A stretch of DNA of 63,771 bases, the filler included, from Octopus bimaculoides (taxonomy: Eukaryota): NCBI RefSeq assembly GCF_001194135.2. It is 6 parts of 6 records of this genome, joined end to end, with 100 filler letters (N's around TTAATTAATTAA, not from the genome) between each part and the next. Parts side by side here need not be neighbours in the genome. Positions count along the whole stretch, not along the records: positions 49,421 to 54,257 come from NC_068981.1; positions 54,358 to 57,342 come from NW_026320411.1; positions 57,443 to 63,771 come from NC_068986.1; 3 more parts are not named here. One strand, 5' to 3'. Shown one piece after another: positions 50,181 through 62,318 of the stretch. The notes under the pieces were generated by a model. That model did no database searches, had not been told where the DNA came from, and was given only the letters and a program-made list of their open reading frames with translations. Each line of letters starts with the position of its first letter. Position 1 is the first letter of the stretch. The position numbers and the translations under genes are program-made.

Positions 50181-53020
50181 GAGTGCGCGCCTAAACATAC
50201 ACATATACGTATATATATATAAATATATATATATATGTATATGCATATATGGCTGGATGTATATTATACACAAGTACGTATAAACGTCTATTATCATTTT
50301 CTTCAGTTGGTGTTAAAGAAGTTAAAACGAATATAGCAGAGGAATGATGATTAAACTGAGAATTCTAATTGCTCTACATTGTTGAGAATGGAATATTATT
50401 ATGTCAATATGATCTCTACGATGAAAAATTGATAAGAATACGTGAACAGCATTCCTATATGAAATTGATTACATTGAAATAAATAAAAAGAAAAAGAATT
50501 CTTCTGGTTTAAAGAAGTTGTGGATGATGTTCAGGGCATTTTTGCCAAGATTGTTGGTAATTCTTAGTTCATGTGTTATTATATATCCTGCTTCTTTTAA
50601 TATTCTTGCATTCTTGTTCATTCTTAAAAGCGTTCTGTCCAAGATAAGCCTTAAGCAAATAGACTGTGTAAGTCGGTCACGTTGTATATGTGCAGATAAA
50701 TAGAATATCGGACACTCATATTATTCTCTTTATTAATCGTATGAGTCTGCGATCAATATTTGTATAATTAAAATGACCGACACATAAACTACGTGTGTAT
50801 GTGTGCGTGTGAAAGCGCGTGGTTCAGTATTTCGGGTATTCGGACACATGATAGTAACATTGTGCTTTCGAATCGTGAACCAGGCGAAGTGTTGTGTTTT
50901 GAGAAAAACACTTCTTTTCACGTTGCTCCAATGCACTCAACTGACAAAACGAGCATTTATGCGACGGACCAGCGTCACGTCAAAGGATGGAGTGGGGTAT
51001 ATATATGCGAACAGCCTCCCGGAAGCCGGCCCTTGAACCTATGGCTCGAGTGTGTCATTTGATCCTCTTTGATATTCAAACGTATATATATATATATATA
51101 TATANNNNNNNNNNNNNNNNNNNNNNNNNNNNNNNNNNNNNNNNNNNNNNNNNNNNNNNNNNNNNNNNNNNNNNNNNNNNNNNNNNNNNNNNNNNNNNNN
51201 NNNNNNNNNNNNNNNNNNNNNNNNNNNNNNNNNNNNNNNNNNNNNNNNNNNNNNNNNNNNNNNNNNNNNNNNNNNNNNNNNNNNNNNNNNNNNNNNNNNN
51301 NNNNNNNNNNNNNNNNNNNNNNNNNNNNNNNNNNNNNNNNNNNNNNNNNNNNNNNNNNNNNNNNNNNNNNNNNNNNNNNNNNNNNNNNNNNNNNNNNNNN
51401 NNNNNNNNNNNNNNNNNNNNNNNNNNNNNNNNNNNNNNNNNNNNNNNNNNNNNNNNNNNNNNNNNNNNNTATATATGCATATATGCATATATGACGCTAC
51501 CAACTGCGCAAACAACAGGAAATATGTAAACAAACGACTTGAATACGTAAATGACGGGAGAAGAAAATGGGAAACAGGACAAGTAAACACAGAGAAAGGA
51601 CCTTTCATCAGTTGTCGGCTGTCTATCTACTCTTCAGTTCGGGCATTCAATATGAATCTTCAAAGACATTTGCGGAGGGTCAAAGTATGGAACAAAAACA
51701 GGACAGCGGAGACATAAAAGGAAACCGAACGAAAACAAACGAGAGGAAGATAGCGAACGCTGGGAGAAATATTTTCTTTGAAAAGAGAAGTGATAGGAGA
51801 GAGAGTTTATTCTTTCATATGTTTGTCATTTGACTGCGACCATGCTAGAGCATCGACTTTTAGTCGAAGAAATCTACCCCAGGACTTATTCTTTGTAAGC
51901 TTGGTACCTATTTTATCGGTCTCTTTTTACGGAGACATAAACATACCAATATCGGCTGTCAAGCAATGGTTGCGGGGTGAGGACACAGACACACAGACAC
52001 ACAGATATACACAAAAATAATACACACACACACACACACAGATATATATATTTGGCGGGCTTCTTTTCAGTTTCCGTCTTCCAAATCTACTTACAAGGCT
52101 TTGGTCGCTTGGAGGCTATAGTAGAAGACACTTAGCTAAGGGGCCACGCAGCTTCAGCCAGTGAGAACAGCAAGTGCATTTCGGCCTTTTTGGGCGTAAT
52201 CACAACTAGCCACAAATCTCTCTGGTGTAATTTAGCTTTTGTTCTTGTTTTCTTTTTTACAGAATATGTCCTTAAAAGATGCTACTCCAGGACAAATTCT
52301 GCAGTAACGATGAAATAACAGCGCACATAGTTTATTGATATATAGATGGTTAGATAAAGTTAAAGTCACCTTCTCGAATTATACCGACTAATAACGGACG
52401 ATTTCTTGGTTTCCATGGCGTACAAATTCCCCACCTGCACGGGACTCCGGTCTATTGCAGGATTACTCATTTTTGTCAGTTGAGTGGACTAGAGCAACGG
52501 GTTTTGCTCAAGGACACAACGCGTCACCCGGTCTGGAAGAACGCGCACAATCTTACGATCATGTATCCAACACCCTAACCACTAAGCTACTGGTCTCCAC
52601 ACTGCCTTAGTTGCGTATATCTGATAAATATATATGTGTCCAGTGTAGAACTAGCATTTTAGCCATTTAAGAACGTACAGTGTCTTATATTTCCCAATGG
52701 TATTGTCAATAACTTTCTACTATCTGGTTATCGACGTTGCTAGCTACATTCAATAAGCCTCGGTATCAGGAATGTTATTTTCCTTTGGTTTGTTTTTTTG
52801 TTGTACTTTCTTTAACCGTTTAAGCTATAAATGAAATGTTTTGTGTTATTCTTGTTTTTGTCATGCGTGCATCTTGCACGTCTTCTTTCGTCTCCATTCC
52901 TTTGTTCTCATTTTTTATTGTCTATCATTCCAATTTAGTAATTTCTTCATTTATTAGAAATCAGTAATTTCGTGGTAGGGGATAAGTCGATTACATTTTA
53001 TTATTGTATATATCAATGAA

Positions 53021-53127
<107 letters not shown>

Positions 53128-53139
53128 CAATTTCATACT

Positions 53140-53646
53140 ACTGCCGGCATTATCACGCGCAAACCAGACCAAAGGGCCCAATAACAGTTGTAATTGTCGA
53201 GACCCCAAACTTTGCCCTATCGATCAGACGTGTTTCATAAAATCAGTGGATTATGAAGGCAAAATCACATCACTGCCCCAACATAACGTAAGCGAAAACT
53301 AAAGTTACGTCGGTTTATGTGAAGGCAGTTTTAAAAGACGTATTCTTTCTGACACTACGACCAGTCTTCTTTCTGACACATCCACAAAAATAAAGCCACT
53401 AAGATGACTAACCCTGTATGGGATCTGAAAAGCATCTGCACACCACATACACTCGAGTGGATAATCGTGGAGAAATCTATGCTGTATGTAAATGGCTCAA
53501 ATATATGCAATCTATGCGTTACTAAAAGATCTAACATTCTTTTTAGACAAAAGTATTTCACCACACTACTTAATTCCAGATCTGAAATTCAGCAAATGCA
53601 AGCGCACGGACAAAATCTTTTTGTCGAACTACAGGGCACCACCTAA
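53140..53646 (+). mobile_element. Penelope-like element GIY-YIG endonuclease / 3' end fragment
   Basis: YVGLCEGSFKRR..VWDLK..LEWIIVEKS..Y.NGSNICNLC..K..IL..LLNSRSEI.SKCKR..KIFLSNY. Confidence 0.88.
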
Positions 53647-54096
53647 ACCAGATTGAGCTACTGTCACACAGACTCTGGCCTCTTTTCCGTGGAAATATTC
53701 CACTTCATCGAGATTAATTATGATTTTTACGGACAAAGGAAACATAGATTTTGGTTTCTTTTCTTTTTTTCCCATCGTTTCCATTTTATTCACACTTTGT
53801 CTTCTCGTTCCATTTTGGGCATCGACCTTCTCGTTTTTTCTCGTATATATATATATATATATATAAATATAAACTTTATTTAAAGAGGATTAGTACATAG
53901 CATTAACAAAAGAATTTCACGCCTCTCTTCTAACCTATATATCTTTAATAAGTATAAGGAATTCTACAATAGCGCATTAGAAAATGCAGGTTATAAACAA
54001 AAAATTAAATACCTAGACTTAAAACATTTTACAAATAACTGGAACAACATAAATGCCCAATACACTTATCACAGCACTATCTACACTACAAACGAT

Positions 54097-54110
54097 TAAT
54101 AATAATAATG

Positions 54111-54165
<55 letters not shown>

Positions 54166-54179
54166 TAATAATAATAATG

Positions 54180-54257
<78 letters not shown>
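54097..54257. repeat. (AAT)n microsatellite
   Basis: Direct inspection. Confidence 0.95.
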
Positions 54258-55146
54258 NNNNNNNNNNNNNNNNNNNNNNNNNNNNNNNNNNNNNNNNNNN
54301 NTTAATTAATTAANNNNNNNNNNNNNNNNNNNNNNNNNNNNNNNNNNNNNNNNNNNNATATTAGCCCTTGTGGCCAATAAAACGAATTAATTATTATTAT
54401 TATTTGTGCAGTGGATGGTAGATTTGAAGAACAGTATTTTAAATTACACAGCTTTGTTTCAAGGTTCAAATCACATCTTGATTGACTTTTTATCTCTGGC
54501 AATTGATGAAATAATAACTTGGAGTTTAATTACATCAGTTACACACATACTTCAAAATAGGTTCTAATGTGTTTGTGTAGGAAATCAGCTTTCAGTCATG
54601 GAAAAAGGGTCATTNNNNNNNNNNNNNNNNNNNNNNNNNNNNNNNNNNNNNNNNNNNNNNNNNNNNNNNNNNNNNNNNNNNNNNNNNNNNNNNNNNNNNN
54701 NNNNNNNNNNNNNNNNNNNNNNNNNNNNNNNNNNNNNNNNNNNNNNNNNNNNNNNNNNNNNNNNNNNNNNNNNNNNNNNNNNNNNNNNNNNNNNNNNNNN
54801 NNNNNNNNNNNNNNNNNNNNNNNNNNNNNNNNNNNNNNNNNNNNNNNNNNNNNNNNNNNNNNNNNNNNNNNNNNNNNNNNNNNNNNNNNNNNNNNNNNNN
54901 NNNNNNNNNNNNNNNNNNNNNNNNNNNNNNNNNNNNNNNNNNNNNNNNNNNNNNNNNNNNNNNNNNNNNNNNNNNNNNNNNNNNNNNNNNNNNNNNNNNN
55001 NNNNNNNNNNNNNNNNNNNNNNNNNNGATTACCAGCCAACATTAATTTTGCCTTTCAACTTTTTCATAGTTGATAAAAATAATTTATGTATTGATAACTT
55101 TATTAATTTATTAATTCCTTTAAAATAAATGATATTTCTATTTTAG

Positions 55147-55284
55147 GTTGGGTGGTTTTCCAGAAAAGACAGGATGGAAGTGTTGACTTTTTCAAGCGGT
55201 GGAATGAGTATAAGAAGGGTTTTGGCAATCTGGATGCCGAATTCTGGATTGGAAACGATAACTTGCATTATTTGACAAATCAAG
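55147..55284 (+). CDS. Internal exon of a fibrinogen-related domain (FReD; ficolin/angiopoietin/FIBCD1-like) protein
   Basis: ttttag|138 nt|gtttgt, phase 1-1: [47 protein letters not shown], the canonical fibrinogen C-domain motif. Confidence 0.95.
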
Positions 55285-57442
55285 GTTTGTTTTCTATTTA
55301 TACTATCTCTCTTAAAAAATTGTGCACATTTTGTTGTTGTTGTTTAACTCCAGGTTAGCCCAGGTTTAGTAAACTTATAACAGAAGGCATTCTCTCAGTG
55401 ATCATCCATCTTTTATATAGTTGTGGAATATTTAGGACAACATTATGCATTACACCCTTCTTTTTGGAGATGATANNNNNNNNNNTTTTTTTAGAGAGAT
55501 TTGGCATATATTTCTACCAAGCTGAAGAACTTCAGAAAGGCTCGTTTCTTGACTCAACTTGAACAACAGGCTCAATAAAAATGAATTCAGGTTTAAAGTG
55601 ATGACAACAATGATGAAGGTTTAGTACATCTAATACCTAGTAGTTTATATAAGAATACATACATACACACCCCTATGTGTACCAAACTTAATAAAGATAT
55701 TGTGAAAAATCAAATTAACTGCAGTATTCATCCAAAGACAACATTTTTATGTGTTTGTACTGTGCTTAAAAAAAACAAATAAATCAGTAATGGATAAAAA
55801 TCGTCCAGTAACATTAGATGCACATTTCTACCTTGTTGTGCTTGTCCTTAGTATGCATTCACAGCTGATGAGGTATTTTGGCTAAGGGTNNNNNNNNNNC
55901 TGGGCAGTGAGTACCTACTCACAAAATCGAACAAATAAGAAATGTGCATCTACCATTCTCACCGGAACTGCTGGGTGGTTTTCATCTGTTACCGATATAT
56001 TTATCTTAAACGATATATTTACTTTAAGTATGATACACTGATGGCTATTTTAATCTAAATACAACAGCAAATTAGTTCTGTATATTTATAAAGTATGGTT
56101 GTTACACTCTCTGAGTGGCTGGCGTTAGGAAGGGCATCCAGCTGTAGAAACNNNNNNNNNNNNNNNNNNNNNNNNNNNNNNNNNNNNNNNNNNNNNNNNN
56201 NNNNNNNNNNNNNNNNNNNNNNNNNNNNNNNNNNNNNNNNNNNNNNNNNNNNNNNNNNNNNNNNNNNNNNNNNNNNNNNNNNNNNNNNNNNNNNNNNNNN
56301 NNNNNNNNNNNNNNNNNNNNNNNNNNNNNNNNNNNNNNNNNNNNNNNNNNNNNNNNNCCAACCCATGCCAGCATGGAAAGCGGACGTTAAACGACGATGA
56401 CGATGATGACGATGATAGTGATGTGGAGAAATGATCTTTCTTATTGAGTATAAAAGTTATACTCAGCTAAAGTGAACTCTAACNNNNNNNNNNTCTTTCT
56501 TATTGAGTATAAAAGTTATACTCAGCTAAAGTGAACTCTAACACTAGGTCTTTAGAAGCAAAGCCTATTTGCTAACACAGGTGGCCAAAATAAACAAGAT
56601 GCATTTATACTGACAAATTATTATTATTATCATCATCATCATCATCATTGTTGTTGTTTTGTTTTGTTGTTTAGTTTTTCTTTCAAACCTTAATTGTGGT
56701 TTTTCTTATTGAGTATAAAAGTTATACTCAGCTAAAGTGAACTCTAACATANNNNNNNNNNNNNNNNNNNNNNNNNNNNNNNNNNNNNNNNNNNNNNNNN
56801 NNNNNNNNNNNNNNNNNNNNNNNNNNNNNNNNNNNNNNNNNNNNNNNNNNNNNNNNNNNNNNNNNNNNNNNNNNNNNNNNNNNNNNNNNNNNNNNNNNNN
56901 NNNNNNNNNNNNNNNNNNNNNNNNNNNNNNNNNNNNNNNNNNNNNNNNNNNNNNNNNNNNNNNNNNNNNNNNNNNNNNNNNNNNNNNNNNNNNNNNNNNN
57001 NNNNNNNNNNCGGCCGCGTGGCTCGTATCGCAGCCGACACGTCGGCCTTTCCATCGAGCCTTATAGATATTCTTCAGAAAATTTTTTATGTTCAAGCTAT
57101 TCAGCCTTCTTTAGCAATTGCCAACAACAGAGATCTTTTATTCCATCCCATTTTTTTTTTCCTTCCAATTACTAAACTAAAACAATTTGTATTTACAAAC
57201 AACTGTGCCAACGTCATTCAGTTATCAGTTTGTTTTTTTTTTTTCTTACCTACAATGAAGAAGAGAAGTCTAAAGTGGCTACAGGCATTGTTCTTCCTCT
57301 TCAAATTAATAAATTATAATTTCCTAAAATTGTTTTTTTTTTNNNNNNNNNNNNNNNNNNNNNNNNNNNNNNNNNNNNNNNNNNNNTTAATTAATTAANN
57401 NNNNNNNNNNNNNNNNNNNNNNNNNNNNNNNNNNNNNNNNNN

Positions 57443-57481
<39 letters not shown>

Positions 57482-58558
57482 AAAGATTATTTGGGTCAAT
57501 ACTGAGCAATAAGCAGGAGATGAGATATGACCGGGATCGTAATAAATATCTGGTGACGGTAAAAATGCCAATATGACCATATAAAAAAAAAAATACCCTT
57601 GCTATTTTCAGATGTTGGAAATGATCCAATTATAGCCATTTGAGACGTTGCGCAGTAAAATTAGTTGCAGAATCAGTGTTTTATTGTGCCAATGCCAAGA
57701 TATCGTTAATATGCTAATATGGAAGGGATGAAGGTAGAAACTAAAGAAACAGCATCAACAATAACAACAGTAGCAACACCGACTTCAAAGATTAACAATA
57801 GCAATAGCGCAACCTTATATAAGCACACGGACGTATTTACCCATACCCACAAATGTACACCCACACACATGTATGAAAACCTCTTATTCGTTGACTCGCC
57901 AATAGTAAGAATGGTTGTAGTGAAAGAATAAGAAAGCAGACGAATGACTTTACAAAGTGAAAGTGCTAAACGGCAAATAGTCAATACAGTTTATTTCTTC
58001 TGTTTATCTTATCTAAAAGATATGGCCGCACCGATTGCAAGAGAATAGGATATACACACGCGCGCGCACCCCCCCCCNNNNNNNNNNNNNNNNNNCCCCA
58101 CACACACACACACATACACACATACACACATACAGCCACAGGCATGATGTGTAGTAAGAAGCTTGCTTCCTAGCCACATGATTCCGAGTTCAGTCCCACT
58201 GCGTGTCACCTTGGGCGAGTGTCTTCTATTATAGCCCTAGGGTCAACCAAAACCTTGTGAGTGTATTTGGTAGACGGAAACTGAAAGAAGCCCGTCGCAT
58301 GTGTGTGTGTGTGTGTATGTGTGTGTGTGTATGTGTGTGTATGTGTGCGTGTGTGTGTGTATGTGTGTGCGTGTATGTGTGTGTGTGTGTCTTTGTGTCT
58401 GTGTTTGTCCCTACCACTGCTTGACAACCGATGTTGGTGTGTTTACGTCCCTATGATTTATCGGTTCTGCAAAAGTTCCGATAGAACAAGTACCAGACTT
58501 TAAAAAGAAATAAGTTTTGAGGTCAATTCTTTCCACTAAAAGAATTCTTCGAGGCGAG

Positions 58559-60735
58559 GTACTTAAGTTGAAGCACCAAATCAGTGCGGTATTATCTGTA
58601 CAACTCAAAGAAAGGGGAATAAAATCAAAATAAGCAACAGGATATCAAGAGATGATGCAATACGCTCGTTTCAAGCGGCTTTATTTAATTGAACAATGCA
58701 ATCATTACATCAATTTAAGTGCAGGACTATCTTCAGCTGCATAAATAAATAGATCAATTTTTTAATCAGTTGGACACATTGATATAATTCTACTCAAATG
58801 CTCCAATAGAGCAAGAAGGCGAAAAGAGTCCATGTTGCCACTAATATAGCTAAGAATATAATACACTTCTAAGAATTGTATGAATTTTGTTGGGGCCATA
58901 GCTTGTAAAGGATTGTGGTTCATTTTGGAAGTTGATAAAAAGACTAATAAATTAAAAATGAACCACAATCCTTTACAAGCTATGACCCCAGCAAAATTTA
59001 TACAAATCTTAAAAGTGTAGTATATTCTTAGCCACATTAGTGACAACATGGACTCTTTCCGTCTTCTTGCTCTATTGGAGCATTTGAGTAAAATTATATT
59101 AATGTGCCCCTGATTAAAAATTCTATTTATTTATTTATGCAGCTGAGGATAGCCCTGCATTTAAATTCACGTAATGATCGCATTGTTCAATTGAAAGGAG
59201 TGGAGCCGCTTGAAACGGTCATACTGCATCACCTCTTGATATCCTGTTGCTTATTTTGATTTTGCATNNNNNNNNNNNNNNNNNNNNNNNNNNNNNNNNN
59301 NNNNNNNNNNNNNNNNNNNNNNNNNNNNATATATATATATATATATATATAATCAAAATAAGTAACAGGATGTCAAGTAGTAATGCAGTACGACCGTTTC
59401 AAGCGTATCCATTTAATTGAACAAAGCAATTATTACATCAATTTAAATACACCACTATCTTCAGCTTGGTCGAGAAAACAGACCTACTGTGAAAGCACCC
59501 AACACTCTTATTAAATCAAAGAATAAGATATATAGCAATAGGAAAGTAGATTCTAAGGTCATTAAGATTAATAGTTTATATAATAATTGTAGAGAGATGA
59601 TTGAACAGATTATGTTACCCTCTAATGATAAGATAAATACCAATAATGTAGCCATACTTAATAATCAAGCTGTGAGTTCGGAAGGCGGAAGAAGATTAAA
59701 TAAATTCCGCCCTCATATACGTAAGAAATCTAGAAAGAGTAATATAGTCTGGTATAACGTTCCCTTCAACTGTGCTACATCTACCAACATATATAATACA
59801 TTTATGGCAATTTTGGATAAAAGCTTCCCTGCATCCCATAGATATAGTGGAATATTTTCCTGTAAGACAATCAGAATCTCATATAGGTACCATCATAGCC
59901 AGGTTTAATAGAAGGAATATAAAATTAGCAAGAGGAATTAGTAATAATACTAGTATTGTCAATAATGATTTAAACTCCTGTAATGATCTTTGTAGAATTT
60001 TCTTAATCTTTTATTTTTATACAACTTAATAGTATTTGTTTATGAACCTTCTCCCACTGAGCCACTAATATTTTCCTGGATCTCATTGTAGCATCCTAAG
60101 TTTCATAGTGTATGCCCCCTTTAACAGGTAACAACATCATGAATTAATGTCACCCATACCCTACCTCTTTTATAGACATTTCCTACTATGTAATTGACTC
60201 CTTCTAAAGTTTTGCTTCTTTTTCTTGTGGATTGAGGCGTACCTGTGACAGTGTGAAATTTATGACCACCAGCCAGCTATGAGTTGTCAATTCACTTTGC
60301 TCTTTATTCTAAATATACGCAGTCTTCTTCTCTAGATGTTTGTTAATGATAAGGAAATAGATAAATTGGAAATGAATTACGACACTATGATCCCCACTGT
60401 GTTCCATGCCAATCTAAAAATTGTACTTTGTTCTTCTCTTAGCTATTCTTGCTACAATAGTGACAACATGAAATTCTTCCAGCCTCTTGCTCTGTTAAAC
60501 TATATAAGAAAAATTGCATTAATGTATCATGTCTGTTGAAAATCCATATCTGTGCAGCTGAAGATAACGCTGTATTTAAATTGATGTAATAATTGCATTC
60601 TCCAATTAAATGGAGCCGCTTGAAACGGTCGTACTGCATTACTATTTGATATCCTGTTACTTATTTTGATTTTATTCACCTTACTTCGAGCTGTGCGGAT
60701 TATACCGGACTGACTTGGTGCTTCAACTTAAGTAC
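58559..60735. mobile_element. Foldback-type composite: matching outer termini, an internal 640-bp palindrome and a captured PLE fragment
   Basis: GTACTTAAGTTGAAGCACCAA at 58559 is the reverse complement of 60715-60735; ~305-bp arms at 58621-58926 / 58955-59264; second left arm 59350-59465; right arm 60400-60735. Confidence 0.75.
59490..59900 (+). mobile_element. Penelope-like element RT-thumb/linker fragment
   Basis: RKSNIVWYNVPFNCATSTNIYNTFMAILDKSFPASHRYSGIFSCKTIRISY, cf. the homologous segment at 6250-6400. Confidence 0.85.
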
Positions 60736-61198
60736 TTAATTCAACTGAATCTTAATTGNNNNNNNNNNNNNNNNNNNNNNNNNNNNNNNNNNNNNNNNNN
60801 NNNNNNNNNNNNNNNNNNNNNNNNNNNNNNNNNNNNNNNNNNNNNNNNNNNNNNNNNNNNNNNNNNNNNNNNNNNNNNNNNNNNNNNNNNNNNNNNNNNN
60901 NNNNNNNNNNNNNNNNNNNNNNNNNNNNNNNNNNNNNNNNNNNNNNNNNNNNNNNNNNNNNNNNNNNNNNNNNNNNNNNNNNNNNNNNNNNNNNNNNNNN
61001 NNNNNNNNNNNNNNNNNNNNNNNNNNNNNNNNNNNNNNNNNNNNNNNNNNNNNNNNNNNNNNNNNNNNNNNNNNNNNNNNNNNNNNNNNNNNNNNNNNNN
61101 NNNNNNNNNNNNNNNNNNNNNNNNNNNNNNNNNNNNNNNNNNNNNNNNNNNNNNNNNNNNNNNNNNNNNNNNNNNNNNNNNNNNNNNNNNNNNNNNNT

Positions 61199-61340
61199 AT
61201 ATAAATTATACCTACATATTTTCAAATTGTAGTTATTTTCGGTAAACATAATCTGAGGCAATTTGTCGGGTACAATAGCTTTTGATCGTATTTTACCGAA
61301 AATAACTACAATTTGAAAATATGTAAGTAGAATTTATATA
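61199..61340. mobile_element. Small palindromic MITE (~50-bp arms)
   Basis: tatataaattatacctacatattttcaaattgtagttattttcggtaaa / tttaccgaaaataactacaatttgaaaatatgtaagtagaatttatata. Confidence 0.75.
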
Positions 61341-61730
61341 TGAAGGAGTTTTAGTGAGTAATTGGAGACTGTATTCTAGACGTAATCTTAGCGTTTAACG
61401 ACAACATACCAAGAAGATATAGACGATCAGTTTTATTGTGTTGTTGTGTTATTGTTTTATTGTTTTGCCCTTTATTTTAGTTTGGTCTAACTTCCGGCAT
61501 GTGTTTCATATAATCCCCATTGAAGTTAGTAAATATAGTAGTAACTCAATAAGTTGGACTTATACACAAAATAAAATTATCTCTTATATATTATATTATA
61601 TTAAATATTATACCCAGAATATCGTATAGGTGTTAATTAGATTTGTAACAATAAGATTTGCATACATATGTGGATTTTTACGGTTTTTATATTTTTATAT
61701 TTTTAACTTAACCTTATGAACTTTATAAAA

Positions 61731-61860
61731 TCTCTGAAGAGGCCTAGAGAATCATCCATGTACCTCTATTTCATCTATCTCATCTATTAATTACTTCAGT
61801 CTACTGGAGTATTAAAGATAGAATGATGCCTGTGACAACTAGACTGAAACAGCTGTAAGA
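61731..61860 (+). ncRNA. Type I hammerhead ribozyme with extended stem II and palindromic stem III
   Basis: TCT-CTGAAGA-GGCCTAG[~90 nt]CTAGACT-GAAAC-AGCT-GT-A-AGA; complete catalytic core, predicted GUA cleavage site after 61857. Confidence 0.7.
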
Positions 61861-62214
61861 CATTATCCCATTTTCTGTCACTATATGTCATTTTTAAAAT
61901 TACTAATGTGACATAATATGTCACATGTGTTTGTATATTGTTATTATTGTCCTTTTAGTAAACAAATAAACAAGTAAATTGACACAATACAATGTCTGCA
62001 AGTTGATGAATACCACCTATTCCCCTCCATTTTCTTATTGCTATATAAATTAATGGTAAAATATCTTTTTACCCGCACCCATTTATTGCACTTGGTAATG
62101 CAATTGCCATGCAATGACAAAAGCCCTAGTGTAACAATAAATGGGTATTCTTCCAGCAGTATATTGGATAGATATTATCCCTTAGTGGGTTGGATTCACA
62201 ACCCCTAACTTTGT

Positions 62215-62279
<65 letters not shown>

Positions 62280-62318
62280 CTTTCAACACAAACACGTATG
62301 TGTGTATGCGTGTGTATA

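Noticed and set aside
51480-51790. Repeat with minus-strand CTGATGA-A motif (related segment at 36530-36700)
   Set aside because: No matching GAAA and closing stems could be placed; probably a decayed repeat, left unclassified
57020-57080. Minus-strand CTGAAGA...GAAA hammerhead candidate
   Set aside because: No U16.1-H17 triplet after the stem, and no stem I
58762-59049. 95-aa minus-strand ORF
   Set aside because: Lies across the centre of a palindromic element; self-complementary and non-coding
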